Source: an uncultured Gaiellaceae bacterium (GTDB lineage: Bacteria; Actinomycetota; Thermoleophilia; Gaiellales; Gaiellaceae). Taken from it: a stretch of 64,000 bases of DNA. Under the pieces are notes generated by a model that was not told the origin of the DNA, made no database searches, and saw only the letters and a program-made list of their open reading frames with translations. The stretch's first letter is position 1; every line of letters begins with the position of its first letter. The stretch spans positions 20,805 through 84,804 of the forward strand of contig CAWDSX010000024.1 of NCBI GenBank assembly GCA_963805135.1, read 5' to 3'. The position numbers were made by a program, and so were the translations under genes. Of this stretch, positions 63,361-64,000 are shown one piece after another.

Positions 63361-64000
63361 TCAGCCTGCCATCCGCGCGCCGGCGAGCAGGAACTGCGCG
63401 GACAGGTTCTCGAACGGCGCGAACCGCTCGCTCATGCGTGCGGACCTCCTCGATCGACAGTGGCGACCGCCAGCGTAGAACGTCGAGACCGCCTTTCGCA
63501 CGCCGAGGTCACCCGCCGGCCACGCGTGCGGCCGCGCGAGGTGCCGCGCGAGGAACCAGTCGGCGGTCCAGCGGCCGAGACCGCGGACGGAGGTGAGCGC
63601 GGCGATCACCTCGTCGTCGTCGAGCGCGGCGAGCGCGTCGAGGTCGAGGCCGCGAGTGGGCGAGCTCGAGGACGTACTCCGCCTTCGCGCGCGAGAAGCC
63701 CGAGCGGCGTGAAGTGCGCGCGGCCGCAGCTCCTCGACGCGCTCGCGGGTCGGGAACTCCCACGCGACCTCGTGCTGCACGCCGTACGCCCGGACGAGGT
63801 TCCCGCGAATCGCGGCCGCGGCACGCAGCGAGATCTGCTGCGTCGTGATCGCGACCACGAGCGCCTCGAACGGCTCGCGGGTTCAGCGTCGGCCGGAAGC
63901 CCGGCGAGCGCCTCGACGATCGGCCCGAGCACCGGCTCGTCCGGCCGCCCACGCGCGGAACGCGCCGAGGTCGAACGGGAGGCCGAGCAGCCGTGCCGAC
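63361..64000 (-). CDS. HhH-GPD DNA glycosylase (AlkA-like), 5'-truncated by the window end, with frame disruptions
   Basis: LTSVRGLGRWTADWFL is a helix-hairpin-helix GPD motif, and GDLGVRKA carries the catalytic Asp region. Confidence 0.7.

Overview
This is a 64-kb, very GC-rich chromosome segment (about 70% GC outside two lower-GC patches). Gene content and style look actinobacterial: many GTG starts and many 4-nt GTGA/ATGA stop-start overlaps. Most of the window is housekeeping. It carries cca-alr-nnr-acpS, a selenocysteine-type NAD-linked formate dehydrogenase module (fdsB-like, fdhA, mobA-like, fdhD), glmS-glmM, rpsI-rplM, and a TPP-riboswitch-controlled thiamine salvage/uptake operon. 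It also carries guaB-guaA, pyrF, pyrE, hup, rdgB, rph and murI. Two accessory patches stand out. The first, about 6.25-13.39 kb, is a lower-GC decayed prophage-like integrative element. It ends in a degraded tyrosine integrase followed directly by a large serine recombinase that abuts the start codon of arfB. It also holds a ~650-bp AT-rich non-coding stretch with iteron-like and operator-like repeats. The second, 29.1-31.1 kb, is a lower-GC TSP3/PKD surface-protein gene. The most system-like unusual locus is a tandem pair of ~1000-aa nucleotide cyclase / STAND-type ATPase / TPR proteins (41.4-47.4 kb) with conserved N-terminal halves and diverged TPR ends. A major caveat is that many clearly recognisable genes are broken by single-base frame disruptions, roughly 60-70 by my hand count, strongly clustered at 33-38 kb and 58.7-64 kb. 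The giant fused ORFs in the supplied track (guaB+guaA, glmM+upstream gene, fdsB+methyltransferase, dacB+pfkB) are artefacts of these disruptions. I cannot tell assembly error from real decay using sequence alone. I saw no rRNA, tRNA or CRISPR array.
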